From IMG/VR virus record IMGVR_UViG_2974723840_000001, positions 15,329-79,328 of that record: 64,000 bases of DNA; one strand, given 5' to 3'. The position numbers were made by a program, and so were the translations under genes. The notes beneath the pieces were generated by a model that saw only the letters and a list, made by a program, of their open reading frames with translations, made no database searches and was not told the DNA's origin. Positions within the stretch are counted from its first letter, which is position 1. Every line of letters starts with the position of its first letter. Source of the DNA: Exceevirus Xc38 (Duplodnaviria; Heunggongvirae; Uroviricota; Caudoviricetes; Schitoviridae). This document shows, piece by piece, positions 31,622 to 39,227 of this stretch.

Positions 31622-32278
31622 ATGGAAGGTTTTAGTGTATTCAATGATCGTGGTGAGCTTATTATTGACTCTACCATTAAAAACATAGGTACTGTATCTA
31701 CACAACCTATTGGTGAAATTATAGGTTGGTATGATAGCTCTGTTACTAATGCGCCATCTTGGGTAGATAAAGATATAGGTGTTACATCTTTACCTGATAT
31801 AGGAGGGCAAGTACCTCTTACACTTCTTCGCCCTAATGATGGGGCTTGTGGCTGTGGTGAGACATACTATTCAAAAAACGCAGGTGATCTTATCCATTTA
31901 CGTAACGACTACTCTATTGATACTGGTTATTTAGATGTATTTGATGCTGATGGTAACCTTATATGGTCTGCTAATAGTGCAGCTAAAGTACCTAGGGTAA
32001 CAAAAGTAATTAATGTTACTGCTCAGCAAATTAAAGACGGTACTTCTCAATTCTATATAGGTAATGGATGTCTTATGATGAATGGATTACCTTGTATTAT
32101 GTATCCAGGGCCTATGGGAACACTGCGTGTTGGTGGATTATTTTGGAGATACACAAAATCTACAGGTATGCTTAACGTTGGGTGGGGTTACTTCGGTAAT
32201 GCAGGAATTGCTGACTATGTACAAATGGCTTATGGGGATGTAGGGTTAAACCTATACATATACGAATTTGGTGTATAA
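31622..32278 (+). CDS. Hypothetical protein, 218 aa; possible fibre-associated protein.
   Basis: ORF only. G/Y-rich beta-like composition. Confidence 0.45.
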   Translation: MEGFSVFNDRGELIIDSTIKNIGTVSTQPIGEIIGWYDSSVTNAPSWVDKDIGVTSLPDIGGQVPLTLLRPNDGACGCGETYYSKNAGDLIHLRNDYSIDTGYLDVFDADGNLIWSANSAAKVPRVTKVINVTAQQIKDGTSQFYIGNGCLMMNGLPCIMYPGPMGTLRVGGLFWRYTKSTGMLNVGWGYFGNAGIADYVQMAYGDVGLNLYIYEFGV

Positions 32279-32450
32279 ACAAGTCTTGTTAAGCCAAGGA
32301 TACAAGTCAGAAGAAGTAGATAAGATTATTGTGGTTATGAATGATCCAGTAGCTTATCAACACGCACTGACTACTGATGCAGTGGATAAGCTTATTGCTA
32401 AGCATGCTTCTAAGCTGCATGGTTTGCTCCATGCTAGAGCTGCTGAATAA
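32268..32450 (+). CDS. Hypothetical small protein, 60 aa.
   Basis: ORF followed by a terminator. Confidence 0.35.
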   Translation: MVYKQVLLSQGYKSEEVDKIIVVMNDPVAYQHALTTDAVDKLIAKHASKLHGLLHARAAE

Positions 32451-32467
32451 GAAGCCTAAAAAGAAAA

Positions 32468-32491
32468 AGACCTCTATTGAGGTCTTTTTTT
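32468..32491. terminator. Intrinsic terminator: AGACCTC-TATT-GAGGTCT followed by TTTTTTT, with an A-run upstream making it bidirectional.
   Basis: 7-bp stem plus T7 run, read directly. Confidence 0.8.
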
Positions 32492-32507
32492 ATACCTAGA
32501 GTATTAC

Positions 32508-32717
32508 TTAGGTAGGCACTACTTCTGGTTGTGTAGATACAAGTGGAGTTTCTGTAAGTTCGATAGTAAAGCCAGCAGTCTCTTCATAAGATAACACTAA
32601 CTTTTTAATTTTAACTTGTTTAGTAAACTCACGAGAAGTAACTACGTTACTAAAGTCGCTAAGCAACTTCATCTCGTCTACGCTTAAACCTTTTACTGTT
32701 TCTGATGTTTCTGCCAT
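32508..32717 (-). CDS. Hypothetical small protein, 69 aa; a lone minus-strand gene between plus-strand units.
   Basis: ORF with a moderate RBS. Confidence 0.35.
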   Translation of the reverse strand: MAETSETVKGLSVDEMKLLSDFSNVVTSREFTKQVKIKKLVLSYEETAGFTIELTETPLVSTQPEVVPT

Positions 32718-32789
32718 AACAATAGCCTTTTTGATTACTTGATAAGAGTCTGTAATAATACAACATCTATATTGGTATAGGAAATTCCT

Positions 32790-33377
32790 ATGGGTAAGTT
32801 TATTACTGATGCAGAGATTGCATCTAAAGCAAAAGAGTATGGCATTGAAGAAGCAGCATTACGTGCTGTTATGGATGTAGAGTGTAAAGGTCGTGGTTTC
32901 AATGATGACGGTACACCTGTAATCCTCTTTGAACGTCATAAGTTCTACAATGGCTTAATAGCTATTAATTGGGTAACCAAAGCTAAAGAGTGGGCTAAAC
33001 AGTATCCTGACATCTGTAATCCTACATGGGGTGGATACGGTAAAGAATCTGCTCAGCATGGTCGCTTACAACGAGCTAGTGCTCTTAATCGAGATGTAGC
33101 GCTTGCTAGTGCGTCTTGGGGATTAGGACAGGTGTTAGGTGAGAACTGGAAGGATCTTGGCTATAAGAGCCTACAGAGCTTCGTTAACGCTATGTATAAA
33201 GATGAAGTCTCACAACTAGATGCAATGTGCCGCTTCATTAAACACAATGGCCTAATAAAGCATATTCAGAATAAAGACTGGGCTAAGTTTGCTCGTGCTT
33301 ATAATGGCCCTAAATATGCTGAAAACAAATACGATACCAAACTAGCTGCTGCCTATAAAAAGAACGGAGGTAAGTAA
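32790..33377 (+). CDS. Endolysin, N-acetylmuramidase of the N4 gp61 type (PF11860-like).
   Basis: EAALRAVMDVECKGRGFNDDGTPVILFERHKFY matches the conserved core of the N4 gp61 muramidase family. It lies immediately upstream of the spanins. Confidence 0.7.
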   Translation: MGKFITDAEIASKAKEYGIEEAALRAVMDVECKGRGFNDDGTPVILFERHKFYNGLIAINWVTKAKEWAKQYPDICNPTWGGYGKESAQHGRLQRASALNRDVALASASWGLGQVLGENWKDLGYKSLQSFVNAMYKDEVSQLDAMCRFIKHNGLIKHIQNKDWAKFARAYNGPKYAENKYDTKLAAAYKKNGGK

Positions 33378-33772
33378 TGGTATTATTAATCTATAGAAAG
33401 ATTGCTCCTTACTTATGTCTGTTCTTGGCACTTACTACTCTTGGCTTCGCCTTGGGTAATGTATGGCAAGGTAAAGTTATTGTTGACTTACAATCGCAAT
33501 TACTTAAGGATCGTGATCAACAAGTCAAGGTTGTAATTGAACAGCAACATGCAGCCAATCAGGTAAGCCAAGAATATGAACAGCGTAAAGCTGATCGTGA
33601 ACAGACTAAGGTAGTAGTAACTCATGAAATTGAAAAAATTGTTAGTGTCCCTATGTACAGCAACCTATGTTTTGATACTGATGGGTTGCACCTCCTCAAT
33701 GACTCAATACGGGCCATTAACGGTTCCAGCCAACTTAAGACAGCCATGTCCGAAGATACAGGAGCTAAGTGA
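33377..33772 (+). CDS. i-spanin (Rz-like).
   Basis: N-terminal TM, then a charged coiled-coil periplasmic domain. The o-spanin gene starts within it in another frame. Confidence 0.65.
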   Translation: MVLLIYRKIAPYLCLFLALTTLGFALGNVWQGKVIVDLQSQLLKDRDQQVKVVIEQQHAANQVSQEYEQRKADREQTKVVVTHEIEKIVSVPMYSNLCFDTDGLHLLNDSIRAINGSSQLKTAMSEDTGAK

Positions 33773-33902
33773 TGGAAAAAATAGCACAGTATTTAGATGG
33801 AGTAATGATCTTGTTTATTCTTATGGTGATTGCAGTGACCGTCACGAGAGCACTATCAGGTTGATAGACGAATACAACAGGAGCTTCACTAATGGCAACT
33901 AA
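33624..33902 (+). CDS. o-spanin (Rz1-like outer-membrane lipoprotein).
   Basis: Signal peptide with lipobox LILMGC. Pro-rich mature part. Overlaps the 3' end of the i-spanin gene in the +1 frame. Confidence 0.6.
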   Translation: MKLKKLLVSLCTATYVLILMGCTSSMTQYGPLTVPANLRQPCPKIQELSDGKNSTVFRWSNDLVYSYGDCSDRHESTIRLIDEYNRSFTNGN

Positions 33903-34467
33903 TCTATCTCAGTGGGAGCGTGAACGCTTTAACTACGGTGAAGCAGCCAATGACAAGAAAGGTGATCCTATACGTGTACATGCTATCAAAGCAGAACATA
34001 CAGATAACCTATTGTTTACTTGGCTTAGTGGTGGCAGGTCTGAAGTGAAGCTACCTGATGCTTTACCTATTGAACGTGGAGGTACAGGTGCTACTTCAGT
34101 AACTTCTGCAATTCGTAATTTAGGTTATTTTGAAGATTGTAATTATTGTCTTAGACGAGGTATCAAAGTTCTGACAACCAATGGTACAGGTATTGTTGAT
34201 CGCTTTAAGAATCTTCCCAATGCATCTATTAGTCATGTAGATACTGGTACTTACGATATTACAGGTATTACACACAGTACTGATATGTGGTCGCATGTGG
34301 TTCCTTTAAATACGTCTCACCAGCCTACACTCAATTTGGAATTTACCACTATAGAGAATGGCGTACAGATGAAGGTAAGTACTATCAACTATGCTAATGG
34401 TGCTCCTGTAATAGGAACACTAATTGACTTACCTTCCACAGTGAAGGTTGATATTGAATGTAAATAA
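33892..34467 (+). CDS. Tail-fibre-like protein.
   Basis: Contains LPIERGGTGATSVTSAIRNLG, a motif common near the N-termini of phage tail fibre proteins. Confidence 0.4.
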   Translation: MATNLSQWERERFNYGEAANDKKGDPIRVHAIKAEHTDNLLFTWLSGGRSEVKLPDALPIERGGTGATSVTSAIRNLGYFEDCNYCLRRGIKVLTTNGTGIVDRFKNLPNASISHVDTGTYDITGITHSTDMWSHVVPLNTSHQPTLNLEFTTIENGVQMKVSTINYANGAPVIGTLIDLPSTVKVDIECK

Positions 34468-34471
34468 AAAT

Positions 34472-34497
34472 AGCCCTCGTAAGAGGGCTTATTTTTT
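34472..34497. terminator. Bidirectional intrinsic terminator: AGCCCTC-GTAA-GAGGGCT followed by TATTTTTTAG.
   Basis: 7-bp stem with flanking A and T runs, between convergent gene blocks. Confidence 0.8.
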
Positions 34498-35164
34498 AGT
34501 AGCTATCTACCAAGATTTGTGACCAAGTTTCAAACTCTAAACCAGAGGTTTTAAGTTCTTCTTTAGTCATCCACTTAAAGTTACAGAACTCTGATGGGTC
34601 AAGCTTCAAGCTTTCTAAGGCCCAACTATCAAGTTGTAATTCCATTGGAATACCAACGTGCACAGATGACGTAGGGTCATTCATAGAACATAATACATGT
34701 TCTACTTGTTCACTGAAGTCTTCACTACCGCCTGCGAACGCTTCAAGGTTACTAAGCTCTACGTTTAGTTCTTCAAGGATTTCACGCTCTGCACCTTGAT
34801 AGATAATCTCCTGAAGCGATGGGTAGTTATCTAAATTCGTAGATGCTAACTCGCACAGGTCTTCACTGCTTACATGACCACCTACACCAATAGACCATTT
34901 ACCGAATAGACCTTTCTCTTTGCCTTTACGTTGATAGGCTAAGATTTTACCTTCAGGATTAACAACCTGGAAGTAACCAAGGATTTGAGGTAATAGAGCG
35001 CCTAATTGAATAGCTGCAGGAGACTTACAGTCTGCATGAGCACGAGGTAGGTATGCATAGTCTTGTGGGTCAATAGCATCAAAGTTGATTGGGTATAAAC
35101 CATGAGTACCAACATGTTGTTTAGCTAGTTGTACACGGTTAATTGCTAATACTAATTCAGACAT
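34496..35164 (-). CDS. NUDIX hydrolase.
   Basis: Nudix box GVGGHVSSEDLCELASTNLDNYPSLQEIIYQGAEREILEELNV (Gx5Ex7REuxEExGu pattern). Confidence 0.7.
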   Translation of the reverse strand: MSELVLAINRVQLAKQHVGTHGLYPINFDAIDPQDYAYLPRAHADCKSPAAIQLGALLPQILGYFQVVNPEGKILAYQRKGKEKGLFGKWSIGVGGHVSSEDLCELASTNLDNYPSLQEIIYQGAEREILEELNVELSNLEAFAGGSEDFSEQVEHVLCSMNDPTSSVHVGIPMELQLDSWALESLKLDPSEFCNFKWMTKEELKTSGLEFETWSQILVDSY

Positions 35165-35504
35165 TACTATTTCCTTTGTTTAGTTTGTGGTATTCGTTCA
35201 GTGTGTCGAAGCACAGGCTATCAAAAGATTCTTTGGCCTTACCTAGCGTAAAGTAGTAGCGGGTATTAGTTACCTTACCTTCATCACCGGATACCTGTAC
35301 TGTTAAGTAGTTTGGTTTGATTTCCATCTTACACGTGTTGTTACCAAGTGCTTCTAAAAACTCTTGAGAGTATTCCATAGTACCTGAGTGCCACTTGTTG
35401 AACTTAACACCAACGTAGTAATCAACTGCTACAGTAGCTGCGATAACCAGTAGAACTATTGATGCTATAAACAGCACAATAATTAAGATATTTTCCATTG
35501 TCAT
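35157..35504 (-). CDS. Membrane-anchored hypothetical protein.
   Basis: N-terminal TM ILIIVLFIASIVLLVIAATVAV. Confidence 0.4.
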   Translation of the reverse strand: MTMENILIIVLFIASIVLLVIAATVAVDYYVGVKFNKWHSGTMEYSQEFLEALGNNTCKMEIKPNYLTVQVSGDEGKVTNTRYYFTLGKAKESFDSLCFDTLNEYHKLNKGNSNV

Positions 35505-35562
35505 TCCTTTAGCACGAACAGCAGCAAGCAGCTTTAGCTGCGATAGCTGCGGTGTGAGTGCG

Positions 35563-35955
35563 TTAAATTGATCGTAATCCGTGTTCTTTACGGATCTTGT
35601 TTAAGTAGCCCTTAATTGTCATAACAGCAGCTGTAGTAAGCGCAATGTTATTTAAATAGTAGGCTGTGGTGAATGTTGATACTGTAGAGATCAACTTGAC
35701 GTAAGCATGTACTGAAACAGGTTCAATAAACACTTCTTGAGGGTCAGCATAAGACTTCCATTTATCTTTATTGGGAATGTCTTTAACCATTTCGTTAACC
35801 ATGTTCATGATTACTTTGGTTTGTTCATTAACCGTCTTCTTATCAGATTCAACTGTTAAACCTAATAAGCTTACTTGATTAATAAGTTCTGAGAACTTAA
35901 TTTGAATTGCTTTCTCCATCTTTTGAATCCTTTGGTTTAGGCCAGGCGAGATCAA
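35563..35955 (-). CDS. Hypothetical protein, 130 aa.
   Basis: ORF only. Confidence 0.4.
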   Translation of the reverse strand: MISPGLNQRIQKMEKAIQIKFSELINQVSLLGLTVESDKKTVNEQTKVIMNMVNEMVKDIPNKDKWKSYADPQEVFIEPVSVHAYVKLISTVSTFTTAYYLNNIALTTAAVMTIKGYLNKIRKEHGLRSI

Positions 35956-36059
35956 CCAATTTTGATATGCCTGTTAGTAATGCAAATGCTACAGCTAAAG
36001 CTAGTAGCACACCTAATGTGAAGAAGAAGCCAACTGATAAGAAGAAGGCATAGAATGCA

Positions 36060-36671
36060 TCAGGCATTGATAAACTCCAATACGTATTTCATACGTTCAG
36101 TTATGTCAGTCATGGTTTCAGGCATAATGCGTCTCTCTACACTCAGTTCAGGTCTTAGGAACATTGAGGTATAAATAGCATTAAGGTCATCAACCATTTC
36201 TATAGGGCCGGACTTATTGTCAGGCACAAAAGGAATACCCGGTTGAATAAGTACAAGCTTTTTAAAGTATATGTTAGTAGTTGCTATACACTCCTTAATG
36301 TAATCAGCTTGCCATTGCTTAGAATCCTGCCAAGGATCATTAACTAAGTTAATCAAAGCATAACCAATCAGATCTATAGGGGTACGATCAGCTATTACCA
36401 AATGATGTTTGTGTTCATCTACACGACCAAGTGAGATTATAGGATCTGCTGCATGTCGTAAGTGACGAGTCATCTGTTTTAATAGGTGAGCTTGAATATG
36501 TCTTCTTTCATGAGGTTTGTAGCTCTGGTTTCCAGAGTGGTAACCTAGATATCGCTGTTCTCTACCAATGCTAAAGTCAAAGCACTTTGCTCCTAGTACT
36601 GTAGTCAGGTGATCGCGTAGATAGGATTTACCTACACGATGTGCACCCACTAAGCCAATAATCTCAGACAC
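36060..36671 (-). CDS. P-loop NTPase / nucleotide kinase-like protein.
   Basis: Walker A GLVGAHRVGKSY is present. A downstream IADRTPID 'DR' motif resembles nucleoside or nucleotide kinases. Confidence 0.45.
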   Translation of the reverse strand: MSEIIGLVGAHRVGKSYLRDHLTTVLGAKCFDFSIGREQRYLGYHSGNQSYKPHERRHIQAHLLKQMTRHLRHAADPIISLGRVDEHKHHLVIADRTPIDLIGYALINLVNDPWQDSKQWQADYIKECIATTNIYFKKLVLIQPGIPFVPDNKSGPIEMVDDLNAIYTSMFLRPELSVERRIMPETMTDITERMKYVLEFINA

Positions 36672-36987
36672 TCTTATCCTCCCTGTTTATTATTCCAAGG
36701 GCTACAGATGTAGGCTGTACTAAGTACTCATCTAACTTAATGTCAGGATACTCTTTCTGAGCACCTTCCCATCCTACTGCTAATATACGACCTAGAAGCA
36801 TAACTAATGTTGCTGTGTCTTCAGTTCTGCCTTGTACAGCAAACTGATTATTAGTGACAGACCCAACAATAACGTTATCTGCCTCTAGGTATGTTTTAAC
36901 AAGCTGTAAAACTTCTTTACGCTTGGCTATAAGTTTTCGGACAAATCCGATATTGTGGGTAATCATATAGATCTCCAATAATGACAA
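36664..36987 (-). CDS. Hypothetical protein, 107 aa.
   Basis: ORF only. Confidence 0.4.
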   Translation of the reverse strand: MSLLEIYMITHNIGFVRKLIAKRKEVLQLVKTYLEADNVIVGSVTNNQFAVQGRTEDTATLVMLLGRILAVGWEGAQKEYPDIKLDEYLVQPTSVALGIINREDKSV

Positions 36988-37002
36988 AGCACCCGAAGGT
37001 GC

Positions 37003-37308
37003 TTATGAGGATGAAAGAGCACGATTAACACGCTCTTCCAGAAACATGACAAGCCTACTACTCATGTGTACGCAAGTTGATGCAAAGATCGCTTTAGTCA
37101 TGAATGCAGGCATTAATGAAGCTAAATGTGGATACAACTCCAGTGCAATCAAAAAGGCTAGTAAACACATCATAACTTCGCTTGACAGCCAGAGCTTAGT
37201 GATCTTACCTCGCTTACGCATAACTTTTCGTACAATAGAGACATACGCTGTAACGCATGACATTAGTATGGCTACCATGAAAGAAATGATTTCTTGATCA
37301 CGGTACAT
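37003..37308 (-). CDS. Small integral membrane protein.
   Basis: Several hydrophobic segments. Confidence 0.35.
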   Translation of the reverse strand: MYRDQEIISFMVAILMSCVTAYVSIVRKVMRKRGKITKLWLSSEVMMCLLAFLIALELYPHLASLMPAFMTKAIFASTCVHMSSRLVMFLEERVNRALSSS

Positions 37309-37339
37309 TAGACACTCCTAGACTAGACCAGGTTGTATT

Positions 37340-37549
37340 CTATGTTGGTTTGTCTTTTAAATCCAATTTTTGAAGCACATCTTTAACGTAGAAGGTTGCT
37401 GCTATCCAATCTCCTCCTACAAGAATCCATCCTGTACCGTCTTCAAGGATACGAATAGGTGTTTGTGGATTATAATGTTTTCTGCTTAATATGCGACCAT
37501 TGTAGGCTATGTATGCTATGTACATAGCTTCTAAGGTTGATTTAATCAT
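37340..37549 (-). CDS. Hypothetical small protein, 69 aa.
   Basis: ORF only. Confidence 0.3.
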   Translation of the reverse strand: MIKSTLEAMYIAYIAYNGRILSRKHYNPQTPIRILEDGTGWILVGGDWIAATFYVKDVLQKLDLKDKPT

Positions 37550-37890
37550 TTTGATTTCTCCAAGACACGAGCTAGTAACACATTCTCTGCAGTAGCAAGA
37601 ACACCATGTACCTTATAGAAAGCTACAGGATGTTCAACGTTCTGTACGTATATAAGTACTTTGTCCTCTCTACTTGTCTCGAACACTTCTGTTTCATCTG
37701 TGAAGTACGTAGCAGTTCCTTGTCTCCTGTCTTCACCAGATTTGTATTCATATACATCTGGTATAGCAGTACTCTTATAAATGATGAAACCATCAGTGTC
37801 TCTGTAGATGGGAACATTACCAAATTGGTCTGGTTTGAATAAGTCTTTAAGTTGCATAGGTATTACCTTTAATAAATTGTGTGGTATCAT
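37546..37890 (-). CDS. Hypothetical protein, 114 aa.
   Basis: ORF only. Confidence 0.4.
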   Translation of the reverse strand: MIPHNLLKVIPMQLKDLFKPDQFGNVPIYRDTDGFIIYKSTAIPDVYEYKSGEDRRQGTATYFTDETEVFETSREDKVLIYVQNVEHPVAFYKVHGVLATAENVLLARVLEKSK

Positions 37891-37926
37891 CTAGGCTCAT
37901 TTAAACCAAACCTATAGGATTGTAAT

Positions 37927-38121
37927 ATGCCACGTGATGCAGAAGGTAATATCACTACTACCCCATCGGTAGAAGTCAAAACCATCTTTGATGTAATGCA
38001 TGAAGAAAAAGTTGATGTTGTTCCACTCTTTAAAGGTGGTATGGCTCGGATTGCTGAAGACAAAGCAGATGGTAAAGGTGTAACTATTTCCACAGCAGCT
38101 GCTGATGCAGCTGGTGCTTAG
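37927..38121 (+). CDS. Plus-strand small protein (64 aa) inside a minus-strand block, followed by its own terminator.
   Basis: ORF with a terminator hairpin AAAGCACC-ATTA-GGTGCTTT at 38141-38168. Confidence 0.35.
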   Translation: MPRDAEGNITTTPSVEVKTIFDVMHEEKVDVVPLFKGGMARIAEDKADGKGVTISTAAADAAGA

Positions 38122-38179
38122 TAACTAAACCAACCAAACTAAAGCACCATTAGGTGCTTTATTTAAATAAGGAATCAAC

Positions 38180-38352
38180 ATGAGTAATCGTAAACCTCGT
38201 TTCACACCAATCACTATTAATGCCACTACTCTGAATGCTTTAGCAGATGAAGTAGCTGCACTAACTGAAGAAGTAGCTAGTCTTAAAAAACAACTTGCTT
38301 CTAAAGGTGGAACACCAAAACCAAAAGAAACACCTCCAGAAGGTGAAGGTTA
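38180..38352 (+). CDS. Plus-strand small protein (57 aa, MSNRKPRFTPITINATTLNALADEVAALTEEVASLKKQLASKGGTPKPKETPPEGEG). Below the 60-aa track cutoff.
   Basis: ATG with the RBS AAGGAATCAAC. Coiled-coil-like. Followed by the terminator at 38358-38384. Confidence 0.35.
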
Positions 38353-38357
38353 ATAAG

Positions 38358-38384
38358 TAGGACTCTTCGGAGTCCTTTTTATTT
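38358..38384 (+). terminator. Intrinsic terminator: GGACTC-TTCG-GAGTCC followed by TTTTTATTT.
   Basis: 6-bp stem, UUCG tetraloop and a T-run. Confidence 0.7.
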
Positions 38385-38883
38385 AGAAAGAACCTTTAGG
38401 TTTAGACCAGGGTTGTAGTGCCTCAAGTGGCACAGTAACTCCAGAATTTCTGAGTTGGTCTGCAGCTCTTGCTGCTCTTGCTTGTTGTTCAAGCATACTA
38501 CTTATGCTGTCTGAGGACTGCTCAAATATTCCAATACCTGCCTGTTCTCGCATGCTTCTTCTTTGGTTACGAATGTTAGTTTGAGTTACCGCGTCACTTA
38601 ACATGTGGTTAGCAGCTTCATCAATGATGTCTTTACGATTTAACGGTGCAACACCAGAAGGTAATAACAGGGTAGATGCTAGTTCTTCCGAGAATTTAAC
38701 AGTAGCTGATAGCACCATAACATCATTAGGTACAGTAAAGTCTTCAGATACACATTCATTTCTTTCACCAGACAATGTGAAGTCATAGACTTGATTCTCT
38801 TTTATATGTCTGATGTTTAATACAGCTCTCCCTCTGAAGTGGGTAACTGTAAATCCTGCTTTTAATGCCATACTTAATTTCAT
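38383..38883 (-). CDS. Hypothetical protein, 166 aa; paralogue of the next gene.
   Basis: Shares N-terminal MKL..A.K.GF and an L..GVAP segment with 38894..39202. Confidence 0.45.
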   Translation of the reverse strand: MKLSMALKAGFTVTHFRGRAVLNIRHIKENQVYDFTLSGERNECVSEDFTVPNDVMVLSATVKFSEELASTLLLPSGVAPLNRKDIIDEAANHMLSDAVTQTNIRNQRRSMREQAGIGIFEQSSDSISSMLEQQARAARAADQLRNSGVTVPLEALQPWSKPKGSF

Positions 38884-38893
38884 GGTTTACTCC

Positions 38894-39202
38894 TTATCTC
38901 TTAAATCGAGTGTTCTTGATGTTGTCTGCAGTAATAGGTGCAACACCTACTAGACTGAGTGAATTGGCAATGTCCTCAGTAAAGCGTACGTACAAGACTA
39001 ATTCCATAATCTCATTATCTATCTCTGTATCGATAGGCAGGAAAAATTCTTCTCTGATAGGCTCTCTAGTACCTTCTTTAAAGCCTGCGTGTACCCTGAC
39101 CTTAATTAATTCGTCATTAGCTGTAGTGAGTCCGCTATATACCGTACAGTCTTTGTATCGGCGTAACACGAAGCCTAGTTTGAATGCATCTATTAGTTTC
39201 AC
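38894..39202 (-). CDS. Hypothetical protein, 102 aa; paralogue of the previous gene.
   Basis: MKLIDAFKLGF and SLVGVAPITADNIK parallel MKLSMALKAGF and LPSGVAPLNRKDII. Confidence 0.45.
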   Translation of the reverse strand: MKLIDAFKLGFVLRRYKDCTVYSGLTTANDELIKVRVHAGFKEGTREPIREEFFLPIDTEIDNEIMELVLYVRFTEDIANSLSLVGVAPITADNIKNTRFKR

Positions 39203-39227
39203 AGATCTCTCCTAAAAGAAAAGCAGC

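Noticed and set aside
37927-37960. Sigma70-like promoter TTGTAATAT immediately upstream of the 64-aa plus-strand ORF.
   Set aside because: The -10-like hexamer overlaps the start codon and there is no convincing -35. It is too weak to call.
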